A stretch of 64,000 bases of DNA from positions 19,958 through 83,957 of the forward strand of contig NZ_DGUN01000027.1 of the NCBI RefSeq assembly GCF_002395745.1, read 5' to 3'. The translations under genes and the position numbers were made by a program. Source of the DNA: Fibrobacter sp. UBA4309 (GTDB lineage: Bacteria > Fibrobacterota > Fibrobacteria > Fibrobacterales > Fibrobacteraceae). Every line of letters starts with the position of its first letter. Positions within the stretch are counted from its first letter, which is position 1. Shown here one piece after another: positions 1 to 8,601 of this stretch. The notes under the pieces were generated by a model. The model was not told where the DNA came from. It saw only the letters and a list, made by a program, of their open reading frames with translations, and did no database searches.

Positions 1-2
1 AT

Positions 3-596
3 CTGCCGAAGCCGTCGGATCCCGAATACGGCTCGGCGCTGAACGACTGCCTCATGAAGGTGCTTCCCGAGGTGGAAGAAAATACGCTCGTGCTCTTTAC
101 GAGCATCGCGCAGATGATGAAGACGCAGCTTGCGCTTGCTCCGGTCTTTGCAGAAAAGGGAAAGCTGCTCCTGTGCCAGCATGTGGACGGCGCCCTGGAC
201 GGTCTCGTGTCCATGTTCCGCTCGTCGAGAGGCGCTTGCCTTCTCGGTTGCCAGAGCCTGTGGGAAGGAGTCGATTTCCCGGGAGATGCATTGAAGCTGC
301 TCGTGATAACGAAGCTCCCGTTCCCGAATCCGTCCGATCCGCTTGTGGCTGGAGTTTCTGCGGAGATGAAGGAACGTGGCGAAAACACGTTCAAGGATTT
401 CTTTGTGCCCGAAGCATACATGGAAATGCGTCAGGGTCTTGGCAGGCTCTTGCGTAGCGAAGAAGATTCCGGCAAGGTGTTGATTCTCGATAACCGCATC
501 GTGAAGGAACCCTATGGCAAGTCGTTTGCGCGGATATGGAACTTCAAACACCGCCAGGCGAATTCCGTAGCGGACATCCTGGGCTTTGTAAAGTAG
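3..596 (+). CDS. DinG/YoaA-family helicase, C-terminal part (5' end outside window)
   Basis: Frame is open from nt 3. Motifs LVLFTS, SLWEGVDFPG, KLPFP and QGLGRLLRSEEDSG match the HELICc2 domain. Confidence 0.88.
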   Translation: MPKPSDPEYGSALNDCLMKVLPEVEENTLVLFTSIAQMMKTQLALAPVFAEKGKLLLCQHVDGALDGLVSMFRSSRGACLLGCQSLWEGVDFPGDALKLLVITKLPFPNPSDPLVAGVSAEMKERGENTFKDFFVPEAYMEMRQGLGRLLRSEEDSGKVLILDNRIVKEPYGKSFARIWNFKHRQANSVADILGFVK

Positions 597-646
597 ACGC
601 CTGCGAAAATAATTACTAAATTTGCGCCTCTAATTGAGGGTGTCTG

Positions 647-2542
647 ATGTTAGAATTGCGCGAATTTTTTGAAGGCATGTCCAAGTCGATGTTGCGCGAC
701 GTGCATGCCCACGCTTATGGTAAGAAAGGTTTGTTGAACAATGCCCTTATCCAGGCAGAAGTTCAGGAATATTTTAGTGACAGCAACCGCGTTCAGCTGA
801 TTTTTGCCCAGATGGAACCCTGGCAGCGCCGTTGCCTCAACTTGATTTATCGCAGTAGCGGCCGTGGTCTTTCGTTCAATGAACTTCGCTTGACGATTCC
901 CGTCAGCAAGAGCAACGACCTCCAGACTTTTTTGCTTTCGATGTGCCGTGAATACGTGCTGTGGCGTTCCTATGTTTCCGGTACGGCCATCTATTTCGGT
1001 TTCAGGAATTTTGTGGGATGCTTCGAGATTCCTTCGGAAGAAATCGTCGATTTGACCAAGCCTTCCGACGGCTACGGGAACAGGCTGGACTTCCATGTGT
1101 GCATGATCCTGGCTCTTGCCAAGAAGGGCGATCTCAAGATCAATGCCAACGGCACCCTGCATCGTCGCAGTCGCCAGATTTGCATGGAAGCGATAGCCTC
1201 TTCGTCTAGCGTGTCCGAAAAGTCGATGGAAAACGAGATTGTCCTGATATTCAGCTTCCTTACGCAGAACGGCTGGCTGGAACAGGACGATTCCACCCTG
1301 ATTCCTTCAGAGAAGGCTTTGGACTTCTTGCGCAAGAACGGTTTCCGCTTGCACCAGGACATTCTCAACTGGTGGATCAACGTGCGCTTCCACGGGGACT
1401 GCTCCCATTGCAAGCTGTTGCTCAAGACGCTGACAGATGGCCTTTCTGTTTCGGAGTCGGCGTTCCTTTTCTGGGTGATGGATCCTTCTTACCGCATCCT
1501 GGACCGCAACAAGCAACTCGCGTGGGAATACCTGCCGCGTCCGCTCCGTGAACTGTGGCTCCTGGGACTCGTGAATTTCCAGATGGTGGGCGAGAAAAAA
1601 CAGGAGAAGGTGGGGGCCGTGGTCCTCTCCGACATGGGCAGGGAATGGCTTGCCACCGGAGTGGTCCCGCAAGTCGAGTCCAACGTCTCCGCGCTCCCGA
1701 ACTTCGACCTGATCGCGACGACGGGAACCTCGCCGAGAGTCCTCTTTGTGCTGGCCTGCCTTGCCACCGTCAGGAACGACGACACGTATCTCTGCTTCAA
1801 CCTGAGCAAGGAATCTTACCTGGCAGGTCTCAAGAGCGGTTTCCCGGAATCCGAGATAGAGAATTTCCGTTCGTGGATCAATCCTCCGCCGAACGTCTCC
1901 GCGACCCTGGAAGAATGGAACGCGACGTTCTACGGTGCCCGCGTGCGCACGGTACGCCTGCTCAAGATAACCGACAAGAAAATCTTGAAGGAGCTTTCCC
2001 AGTTCTCGTATTTCATGGATTGCACGGAAGAGTATATCCAGGATTACGGGTTCATCCTCAAGACGGAATGCGAAAAGAGGGCGTTCGAAATCCTGGAAAG
2101 CTTCGGCTACAATCCTTACGTGTCGGAATCGTCCGAACTGCATGACCCGGCGCCTGTCGACGAATGGCGCAAGGAATTCTGCATTGCCTGGCAGAACGCC
2201 GGCTCCGTGGACTACGACCTCAAGGAAGAAGTCGACGAGACCTCTATCCAGAAGACCCTGAACGCGACCAAGTACGGCAGCATGTACCAGAAGCTCGATA
2301 CGTTCGACCTGGTGAAGGTGCTGCGTTATGTCAAGACTACCGGCACGCTCCTCTCGGCGCAGATCAAGAATCCGCTCAAGCGTGCCGAGAAGGTCCGCGA
2401 GATAACGTTCTTCGTGCATTCGCTGCACTTGAGCAGGACTCCGTTCAATGTCGAGATCCAGGAGTTCGGTTCAGAAGAAAAGTATCCGCTTTCGCTGAAT
2501 TTTATTCAGGAAGTCAAACTGCTGCACAAGAAGAGCCTCTAG
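647..2542 (+). CDS. XPB-associated Helicase_C_3-domain protein with a possible C-terminal Sm/WYL-like beta domain
   Basis: ALPNFDLIA...FNLSKESYLAGLKSG...IENF resembles PF13625. SD-like GAGGG and a TAAATTTG box (617-624) lie upstream. Confidence 0.6.
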   Translation: MLELREFFEGMSKSMLRDVHAHAYGKKGLLNNALIQAEVQEYFSDSNRVQLIFAQMEPWQRRCLNLIYRSSGRGLSFNELRLTIPVSKSNDLQTFLLSMCREYVLWRSYVSGTAIYFGFRNFVGCFEIPSEEIVDLTKPSDGYGNRLDFHVCMILALAKKGDLKINANGTLHRRSRQICMEAIASSSSVSEKSMENEIVLIFSFLTQNGWLEQDDSTLIPSEKALDFLRKNGFRLHQDILNWWINVRFHGDCSHCKLLLKTLTDGLSVSESAFLFWVMDPSYRILDRNKQLAWEYLPRPLRELWLLGLVNFQMVGEKKQEKVGAVVLSDMGREWLATGVVPQVESNVSALPNFDLIATTGTSPRVLFVLACLATVRNDDTYLCFNLSKESYLAGLKSGFPESEIENFRSWINPPPNVSATLEEWNATFYGARVRTVRLLKITDKKILKELSQFSYFMDCTEEYIQDYGFILKTECEKRAFEILESFGYNPYVSESSELHDPAPVDEWRKEFCIAWQNAGSVDYDLKEEVDETSIQKTLNATKYGSMYQKLDTFDLVKVLRYVKTTGTLLSAQIKNPLKRAEKVREITFFVHSLHLSRTPFNVEIQEFGSEEKYPLSLNFIQEVKLLHKKSL

Positions 2543-2545
2543 GGC

Positions 2546-3013
2546 TCAGGGAAGCGTCTGCGCATAGGCGGCGATGTCCCGCATTTCGTCGACGGCGATT
2601 TCGTCGATGTACGCTTCCATGTTGCGGTCTTCGTCACCGAAGTTCATTTGGTACCAGAACGTGGGCAGGTCGTCGCGCGCCTTGTTGCCGATGAATTCGG
2701 GACCCCGTCCCTGATTGAAGATGATGCGCCTTCCGTCTTCGCCGTGACAGGGTCTGCAGTTCTGGTAGAACAGCTTGGCGCCGCGCTTGATGTCGGCTCC
2801 GATAATCTTCCCGTCCTTGTCTAACAACTTGTATACCAGGTATGCCATGCGTGCGTCTTCGCGCGTGAGCGTGTCGCCGGGGGATCCCGGGGCAGGCTTT
2901 TCCTGAACGTCCTTGGATGGCGCGGCCGAAGGCCCCGCGGTGCAAATCGAGGCACCCAGGGCGAGCCCGTATAGCGTTAGGGCGATTATTGTCTTGCTGG
3001 AAGAAATCCGCAT
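2546..3013 (-). CDS. Exported mono-heme c-type cytochrome
   Basis: Signal peptide, GAKLFYQNCRPCHG (CxxCH), distal Met candidates and a C-terminal DIAAY helix. Confidence 0.75.
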   Translation of the reverse strand: MRISSSKTIIALTLYGLALGASICTAGPSAAPSKDVQEKPAPGSPGDTLTREDARMAYLVYKLLDKDGKIIGADIKRGAKLFYQNCRPCHGEDGRRIIFNQGRGPEFIGNKARDDLPTFWYQMNFGDEDRNMEAYIDEIAVDEMRDIAAYAQTLP

Positions 3014-3039
3014 GGTTCAGAATATATATATTGTGAGGC

Positions 3040-4110
3040 ATGAAGTTGGATGTGCTTGTTGCGACTGCGCTTGCTTTCGCGGTCGGTTCTTTTGCTGGAG
3101 ATACTATGAATCCTTCGGTTATGGAAAATTTGAAGTTTCTGGGACGCTGGGATCATAGGACTTCGGGGTCTTGTGCCAGTGCACCTAATGCCCTGGTCAG
3201 TTTTAATGCGGTGACAAAGTCGGTGACTTTCGATTTGGAAGGATATTCCCGTTGGCGATTCGATGCCGACGGCAAACCGCTGATGTATTTCCAGACGTCT
3301 GGCCGCACGACGAAGAAACTGGGTGCCGCAGGTGACGGCAAGGTGCATTCCTACAGGTTGATCAAGATCAGTGAAAGCAACCCCGGCGAAGTCTGTGTCC
3401 GCAATATCGCTCTGGACCCCTCGGGCAAGTTCGCCCCGAAACCCGCCCCTTCGAACCGCCGCATTGAATTTATCGGGGATTCCTTCACGGTCGGTTTCGG
3501 CGACGAAGGCACGAACATGGATCCACCGGAAATGGAATTTGACAAGACGGACGCTTCCAAGAGCTACGCGTTCTTGGTTGCCGATGGGTACAAGGCGGAT
3601 TTCCAGGTCAACGCCGTGAGCGGCCGCGGCCTTGTCCGCAACTATGCGAATATCGCTCCGGGCTGGAATCTTTCAAAACTGTACGATTATACGGTTGCCG
3701 GCTCTGCCTCTATCGAAGCGAACCCGGCCGTGTGGGATTTGAACAAATTCCATCCACAGGTCATAGTCTTGTTTATGGGGATAAACGATTTCCAGGGAGA
3801 TCCCCCCTATGCGGACAGACGAATTTTCAAGATGGCCTATGCCAAGTTTATGAATAAACTTCGTGAAGCGCATCCTGGAGTGAAATTCCTCCTGCTTTCG
3901 ACCAAAATATGGCCTAATGACGATTTGACCCCGACAATTCAGGAAATTTACGACGAAGAAATTGCCCAGGGACACAGGGATCTGGAATTTAAGGTTCTCC
4001 AGACTGAAAATGTGGGCCTTCTTGGGCACCCCGATGTGAGGGCTCAGCAAGAAATGGCCAACATAATTAGGCCCATTGTAGGCCGTCTCGCAGGGTGGCT
4101 CTCACGATAA
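3040..4110 (+). CDS. SGNH/GDSL carbohydrate esterase, CE2-like
   Basis: Signal peptide, N-terminal beta domain, and blocks FIGDSFTVG, AVSGRG, GIND, GHP. Confidence 0.8.
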   Translation: MKLDVLVATALAFAVGSFAGDTMNPSVMENLKFLGRWDHRTSGSCASAPNALVSFNAVTKSVTFDLEGYSRWRFDADGKPLMYFQTSGRTTKKLGAAGDGKVHSYRLIKISESNPGEVCVRNIALDPSGKFAPKPAPSNRRIEFIGDSFTVGFGDEGTNMDPPEMEFDKTDASKSYAFLVADGYKADFQVNAVSGRGLVRNYANIAPGWNLSKLYDYTVAGSASIEANPAVWDLNKFHPQVIVLFMGINDFQGDPPYADRRIFKMAYAKFMNKLREAHPGVKFLLLSTKIWPNDDLTPTIQEIYDEEIAQGHRDLEFKVLQTENVGLLGHPDVRAQQEMANIIRPIVGRLAGWLSR

Positions 4111-4153
4111 AGTTCCTTTTTTGTATATTTTTCTGCAAAGCTAGGATATCACC

Positions 4154-5479
4154 ATGTCTCAGATAATGGAAAAAATCTACGCCCTGTTCAGGATGAACAT
4201 CCTAATCTTTGTGTTGCTGGCCGCAACGGTTATAGCCCTTTTTGCGTACCAGAACGGTCTAGACGATATCGAGTTCCTGAACCTTTCCGATTACCCGTAC
4301 GTGATAGCCGAGTCCGATTCTGTTGACGGGGGTACTTCCGCCATTGCTCTGGAACGTACGGATTCTTCGATTATCGTGGATTACGAATTGCGCGAAGGCT
4401 ATGCTTACCCGTATGCCGGCGTCAAGATTTTCTTGGGAGATGGCAAGGTCCGCGGCAAGGACCTTTCCCATTACGACAGTATTTTTGTGTGGGTGAAGCC
4501 GAGAGGCGAGGGAACCGTCCGCCTGTACATGCGCGGTTATGATTCCTCTTTCTACCGCCAGGACGACGAAACTTCGCTGAAGTTTAACGAAGTGGAATTC
4601 TTCCCGCTCGAAGAAACCTATCCGGCAGTGTTTGTTCCGCAGGAATTCCGCGTGGCTTCCTGGTGGGTCGCCCAGAACGAGATCAACGTGCACAAGGCGC
4701 GTGTCGATCTTTCCAACATCCCGCTTATCGAAATCCAGACGGGTACGAACGCCCCGTTGGGCTATGGCACCTTGGAAATTAGGGGACTCTGCTTCAAGGG
4801 CAAGAAAATCGCGAAGGTGGACCTCGTTACGATTCTCGTCTCGGTCTGGTTCGTGACATTCCTTATCATCCTGGTCATCCGCTTCTTTGACTACAGCCGC
4901 GAACGCGTGGCCAACAAGCGCAAGCAGGAAGAACTCGAGAAGAACCTCGCCGCCCTGCAGATCGAGAAGAGCGAATACGAGAAGTCCAGCAAGGAAGACC
5001 CGCTTACCGGCTGCCTCAACCGCGCCGGCTTCAGCAGCATCCTGCTGCGCGAACAGGAAAACTTGAGCAAGAACGGTTGCCCGGTTTCGTTCGTGATGCT
5101 CGATATCGACCATTTCAAGGAAGTGAACGACACGTACGGACACAGCGTCGGCGACGAAGTCCTCGTGAACCTCACCAGGCTTATTCGTGACAAGATTCGT
5201 AACACCGATGCGCTCGTGCGCTGGGGTGGCGAAGAGTTCGTGATTCTCTGCGGCGACACGCCGATTCAGAATGCGCAGTTCCTCGCCGAAAAGCTCCGCG
5301 TGGCGATCGAGGGTGCAACGCTTATCAAGCAGCAGCAGGTGACCTGCTCCTTCGGTATAGCCGAAATGATTCCGGGCGAAGACCCGAAGAAACTGTTCGA
5401 ACGCGCAGACAAGGCCCTCTACTCCGCCAAGGAAGGTGGACGTAACCGCGTGGTCAGCGCGATGTTTAAGCGCCGTTAA
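4154..5479 (+). CDS. Membrane diguanylate cyclase with a periplasmic CBM11/CIA30-like domain
   Basis: TM, beta-sandwich (DLSHYDSIFVWVK), TM, coiled coil, DPLTG...RNTD...RWGGEEF. Confidence 0.88.
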   Translation: MSQIMEKIYALFRMNILIFVLLAATVIALFAYQNGLDDIEFLNLSDYPYVIAESDSVDGGTSAIALERTDSSIIVDYELREGYAYPYAGVKIFLGDGKVRGKDLSHYDSIFVWVKPRGEGTVRLYMRGYDSSFYRQDDETSLKFNEVEFFPLEETYPAVFVPQEFRVASWWVAQNEINVHKARVDLSNIPLIEIQTGTNAPLGYGTLEIRGLCFKGKKIAKVDLVTILVSVWFVTFLIILVIRFFDYSRERVANKRKQEELEKNLAALQIEKSEYEKSSKEDPLTGCLNRAGFSSILLREQENLSKNGCPVSFVMLDIDHFKEVNDTYGHSVGDEVLVNLTRLIRDKIRNTDALVRWGGEEFVILCGDTPIQNAQFLAEKLRVAIEGATLIKQQQVTCSFGIAEMIPGEDPKKLFERADKALYSAKEGGRNRVVSAMFKRR

Positions 5480-5484
5480 GTCCT

Positions 5485-5886
5485 ATGAATATTCGTGGCT
5501 GTGTGAAATTCCTTTGCGCGGCATTGGCTTGCTTGGCCCTTGTCTCTTGCGCGAACAAGCCCGAACCTGAACCGGAAGAATCCCTGGAACTCGATTTCCG
5601 GCCGCTCGTTTTCCGCTGGAAGGCGATGACCCCGGAAGCCGAAGAAATCCCGTTCAAGGACGCCTGTGTGATTCGAATCACGTCCCAGCTCATGCGCGAG
5701 CCGGTCCTGGTGAAGTCGAAGGGCGGCGAACTGGAATACGTGGTCAGCTACGACATAAATGGCGAAATTTTGAAATTTGACGGGTTTGCGACGGATTCTG
5801 TACTGTCCAAGAAGCCCGAATTCCGCTGGACCGCCACCTGCGGTAGGGACGAAAAAGTCGTTGTAAATTTCCACAACGGACAGTAA
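5485..5886 (+). CDS. Hypothetical lipoprotein
   Basis: Lipobox LVSC after a hydrophobic stretch. Confidence 0.65.
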   Translation: MNIRGCVKFLCAALACLALVSCANKPEPEPEESLELDFRPLVFRWKAMTPEAEEIPFKDACVIRITSQLMREPVLVKSKGGELEYVVSYDINGEILKFDGFATDSVLSKKPEFRWTATCGRDEKVVVNFHNGQ

Positions 5887-5977
5887 TCAAAAAGTTACTT
5901 TTTCGGACCGTAAGGTTCTATCTTTATAGAGGATAAGGAGATGGGCAAAACTATCTTTTGTTTTTGAGGTCTTTAAA

Positions 5978-6814
5978 GTGGAACCGATATACGAATACAC
6001 CGACTACAGAGAATGGCTTAGGGATGCGTTTGACGATTTCAAGAAACGCAAGTCCGTCATCTCGTGGCGCTATATGGCGATGAAGCTCGGGGCTGACCCG
6101 GGCAACTTGCTGCGTGTATCCCAGGGCAAGATCCACTTGACCCTTTCGCTTGTCGGCCCCATGGCCGAGTTCTTCGAGCTGAACGAGAAGGAAACCGCCT
6201 ACTGGACGGAACTCGTCTATTTTGGCCGTGCCAAGACCGATGCCGAGGCGCTGAACCACTACGAGAAGATGCAGATGCTCAAGGGAATCCCCCTGAAGCG
6301 CCTGGCCAAGAAGGAACTGGAATTCTACCGGCACTGGTATTGCAATGCCATCCGCTCCATAATCGGCATTTGCAAGTTCAAGGACGACTATGAAGGTCTT
6401 GCGGAGAGCTGTACGCCCCCTATTTCTGTAGAAGAGGCGAAGAGTGCCGTAAAACTTTTGTATGATTTAAACATGATCTCGCGGGATAGGGAAGGATTTT
6501 GGAAGGTCAATGACACCTTCGTGAGTACCGGTGGAAACTGGCGTTCCGAAGCCGTGCGCACCTTCCAGAAAGAAACTGTACGCTTGGCCGGGGAATCCCT
6601 GGAACGCCATGCTCCGCCCCTCCGCGACATCAGCACTGTGACCATGACTTTCAACATGGACGATATCGCCTTGATTAGAGAGAAAATCAAGGAATTCCGT
6701 AGCGAACTCTTGCGCATGTCGCAGGAAGGCTCCGGTGACGATACCGTGTTCCAGTTGAACGTGCAGCTGTTCCCGATCGGCTTTGCCAAGAAATTACAAG
6801 GAGGGGCGAAATGA
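5978..6814 (+). CDS. TIGR02147/DUF4423 Fibrobacter paralogous family protein (HTH-like N-terminus)
   Basis: IYEYTDYR...SWRYMAMKLG, FYRHWY...IR, RDISTVT, VFQLNVQLFP. GTG start. Confidence 0.88.
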   Translation: MEPIYEYTDYREWLRDAFDDFKKRKSVISWRYMAMKLGADPGNLLRVSQGKIHLTLSLVGPMAEFFELNEKETAYWTELVYFGRAKTDAEALNHYEKMQMLKGIPLKRLAKKELEFYRHWYCNAIRSIIGICKFKDDYEGLAESCTPPISVEEAKSAVKLLYDLNMISRDREGFWKVNDTFVSTGGNWRSEAVRTFQKETVRLAGESLERHAPPLRDISTVTMTFNMDDIALIREKIKEFRSELLRMSQEGSGDDTVFQLNVQLFPIGFAKKLQGGAK

Positions 6815-8451
6815 AGAAGCTTTCCCTCCTGCTTGGTTCGCTTGTCCTCTGGAGCTGCTCCACGGGCACGAACAACGAAGTTGCCGGCGGCCCCGGTAGC
6901 GAGACGACCAACGGCATTGTCGCCATGGTCAATGGCAGTCCGGCGTCCTTCGCCGGTGTCGCCATGCGCAAGGTGGACTTCGTTGTCGACGAGTTCTCTC
7001 CCGAAAACGCCTTGGTGCAGCCGGACGCCTATGCGAATGAAAACGGCAACTTTGTTATCGACTCCGAAACAAAGGATCCGTTCCGCCTGACTGTGGTCCA
7101 TGGCGGGTCTGCCTATACGAAGGTCATTTCTCCCGAAGAAATTGCCGATATGGATACCGTGGTCCTGCAGCCGACAGGCGCCGTTAACGGCGTCATCGAT
7201 GTCGAGAAGGGCTCGGAATTTGTATGGGTCGGCGTTGTCGGAATGGACGTGATGGTGCGCTCCGATGCAAACGGCGAATTCTCCTTGCCGCAACTCCCGT
7301 CTACCGATTCTTTGGAGCTTTATTTTGTTCAAAATGCCGAATCGAAGATTTCCAGCACGGCCGAAGTGATGCCTGTCGCCTTCCAGTCGCAGTTCATTAA
7401 CCTGACGAATCCGGATACGGCCGAGGATGTCAGGGGCTTCGTGGCCACCATAGACGGCAAGCCTGCCGTGTATGCCATGGCGGCTCTCCGCCCGGTTGAT
7501 TTCCAGGTGACAACGGCCGAAGTGGAAAATTCGGCAATTGTTCCGGATTACTATTCGGATTCGTCCGGAAGGTTCTCCTTTGACTTGCCCGATTCCGGAA
7601 AGTACCGCCTTACGGTTGTGAAAGACGGCTTCTCTTTCTCCAAGGAGTATAGCGCCCAGGAACTTGCGGATATTGATACGCTCCGCTTGAATGCTACGGC
7701 ATCGGTTTCGAGTAAAGTAACGCTCCGCTCTAGTGATTCGCTTATGTGGGTAGGCGTCTACGGACTTGACTTGTTGGTGAAAACAAATGATGTGGGAGCC
7801 TATGTACTTCCGAATGTTCCTGCGAACGATACGCTAGGCATTTATTTCGTGACGGCGGATAGCTCTCATAAGCTCTATACCGAATGGAATGCTTCCGCTA
7901 CATCCAGCAGTACGGAATTTCTAAGTCCGGTGAAGGTGTTGCAGAATTTTGAAGGCAAACTTGACGGCTGGTATGTGAATACGGATGCACTTTACAAGGG
8001 CACGACGCTTACGCCGGCAAAGAATGTGGCAGATGGCGTTGAATACGATTCCACCCGTAAATCCAAGGTATTCCACGGCAAGTACAAGCTCGCCGATGAC
8101 GATTACGCCTGGGTGCTTGTCGGGACGATGTTTGAACACGAGATGAATTTCTCCGCCATCGATTCCGTGGTGTTCTACGCCAAGGGCGACGGAAATATTC
8201 GCCTTTCGCTTGAAAACTACATTAACGATACCCAGAGCCTAAAGGCAGCTACGGAATGGTTGCCTCTCTCTAAGAACTGGAAACGCATCAGCGTGAATCC
8301 GGCGGAACTCTGTGTAGGAAATGCCAAGACGGAAACCTGCTTTACCTCTTGGAGCGGAGTGAAGAAAGTGGTCAAACAGCTCCACATTTTCTCGCAAGAC
8401 GGCTCCGAATTCTACATAGACGATATTACGCTTTACGGCGCGCTGTTCTAG
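6811..8451 (+). CDS. Lipoprotein with a tandem-duplicated beta-sandwich region and a C-terminal CBM11-like domain
   Basis: Lipobox LWSC, GGPGSETTNG motif, two ~175-aa internal repeats, NFSAIDSVVFYAKGDG...FYIDDITL. ATGA overlap with the upstream gene. Confidence 0.7.
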   Translation: MKKLSLLLGSLVLWSCSTGTNNEVAGGPGSETTNGIVAMVNGSPASFAGVAMRKVDFVVDEFSPENALVQPDAYANENGNFVIDSETKDPFRLTVVHGGSAYTKVISPEEIADMDTVVLQPTGAVNGVIDVEKGSEFVWVGVVGMDVMVRSDANGEFSLPQLPSTDSLELYFVQNAESKISSTAEVMPVAFQSQFINLTNPDTAEDVRGFVATIDGKPAVYAMAALRPVDFQVTTAEVENSAIVPDYYSDSSGRFSFDLPDSGKYRLTVVKDGFSFSKEYSAQELADIDTLRLNATASVSSKVTLRSSDSLMWVGVYGLDLLVKTNDVGAYVLPNVPANDTLGIYFVTADSSHKLYTEWNASATSSSTEFLSPVKVLQNFEGKLDGWYVNTDALYKGTTLTPAKNVADGVEYDSTRKSKVFHGKYKLADDDYAWVLVGTMFEHEMNFSAIDSVVFYAKGDGNIRLSLENYINDTQSLKAATEWLPLSKNWKRISVNPAELCVGNAKTETCFTSWSGVKKVVKQLHIFSQDGSEFYIDDITLYGALF

Positions 8452-8474
8452 GCCGCCACAATCCGTTGAATGTG

Positions 8475-8510
8475 AAAAAAAACAGGCGACCATGACTGTC
8501 GCCTGTTTTT
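8475..8510 (+). terminator. Intrinsic terminator
   Basis: A-run, CAGGCGAC / 7-nt loop / GTCGCCTG, T5. Confidence 0.75.
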
Positions 8511-8601
8511 CTTCTATCCGAGGAATAAAGCGGCTGTTCCGGCTCTTTTTCGGGATGTATCGGCTTGTTAACATAGGCGAAATTAAGTATCTTTGGTGTG
8601 T

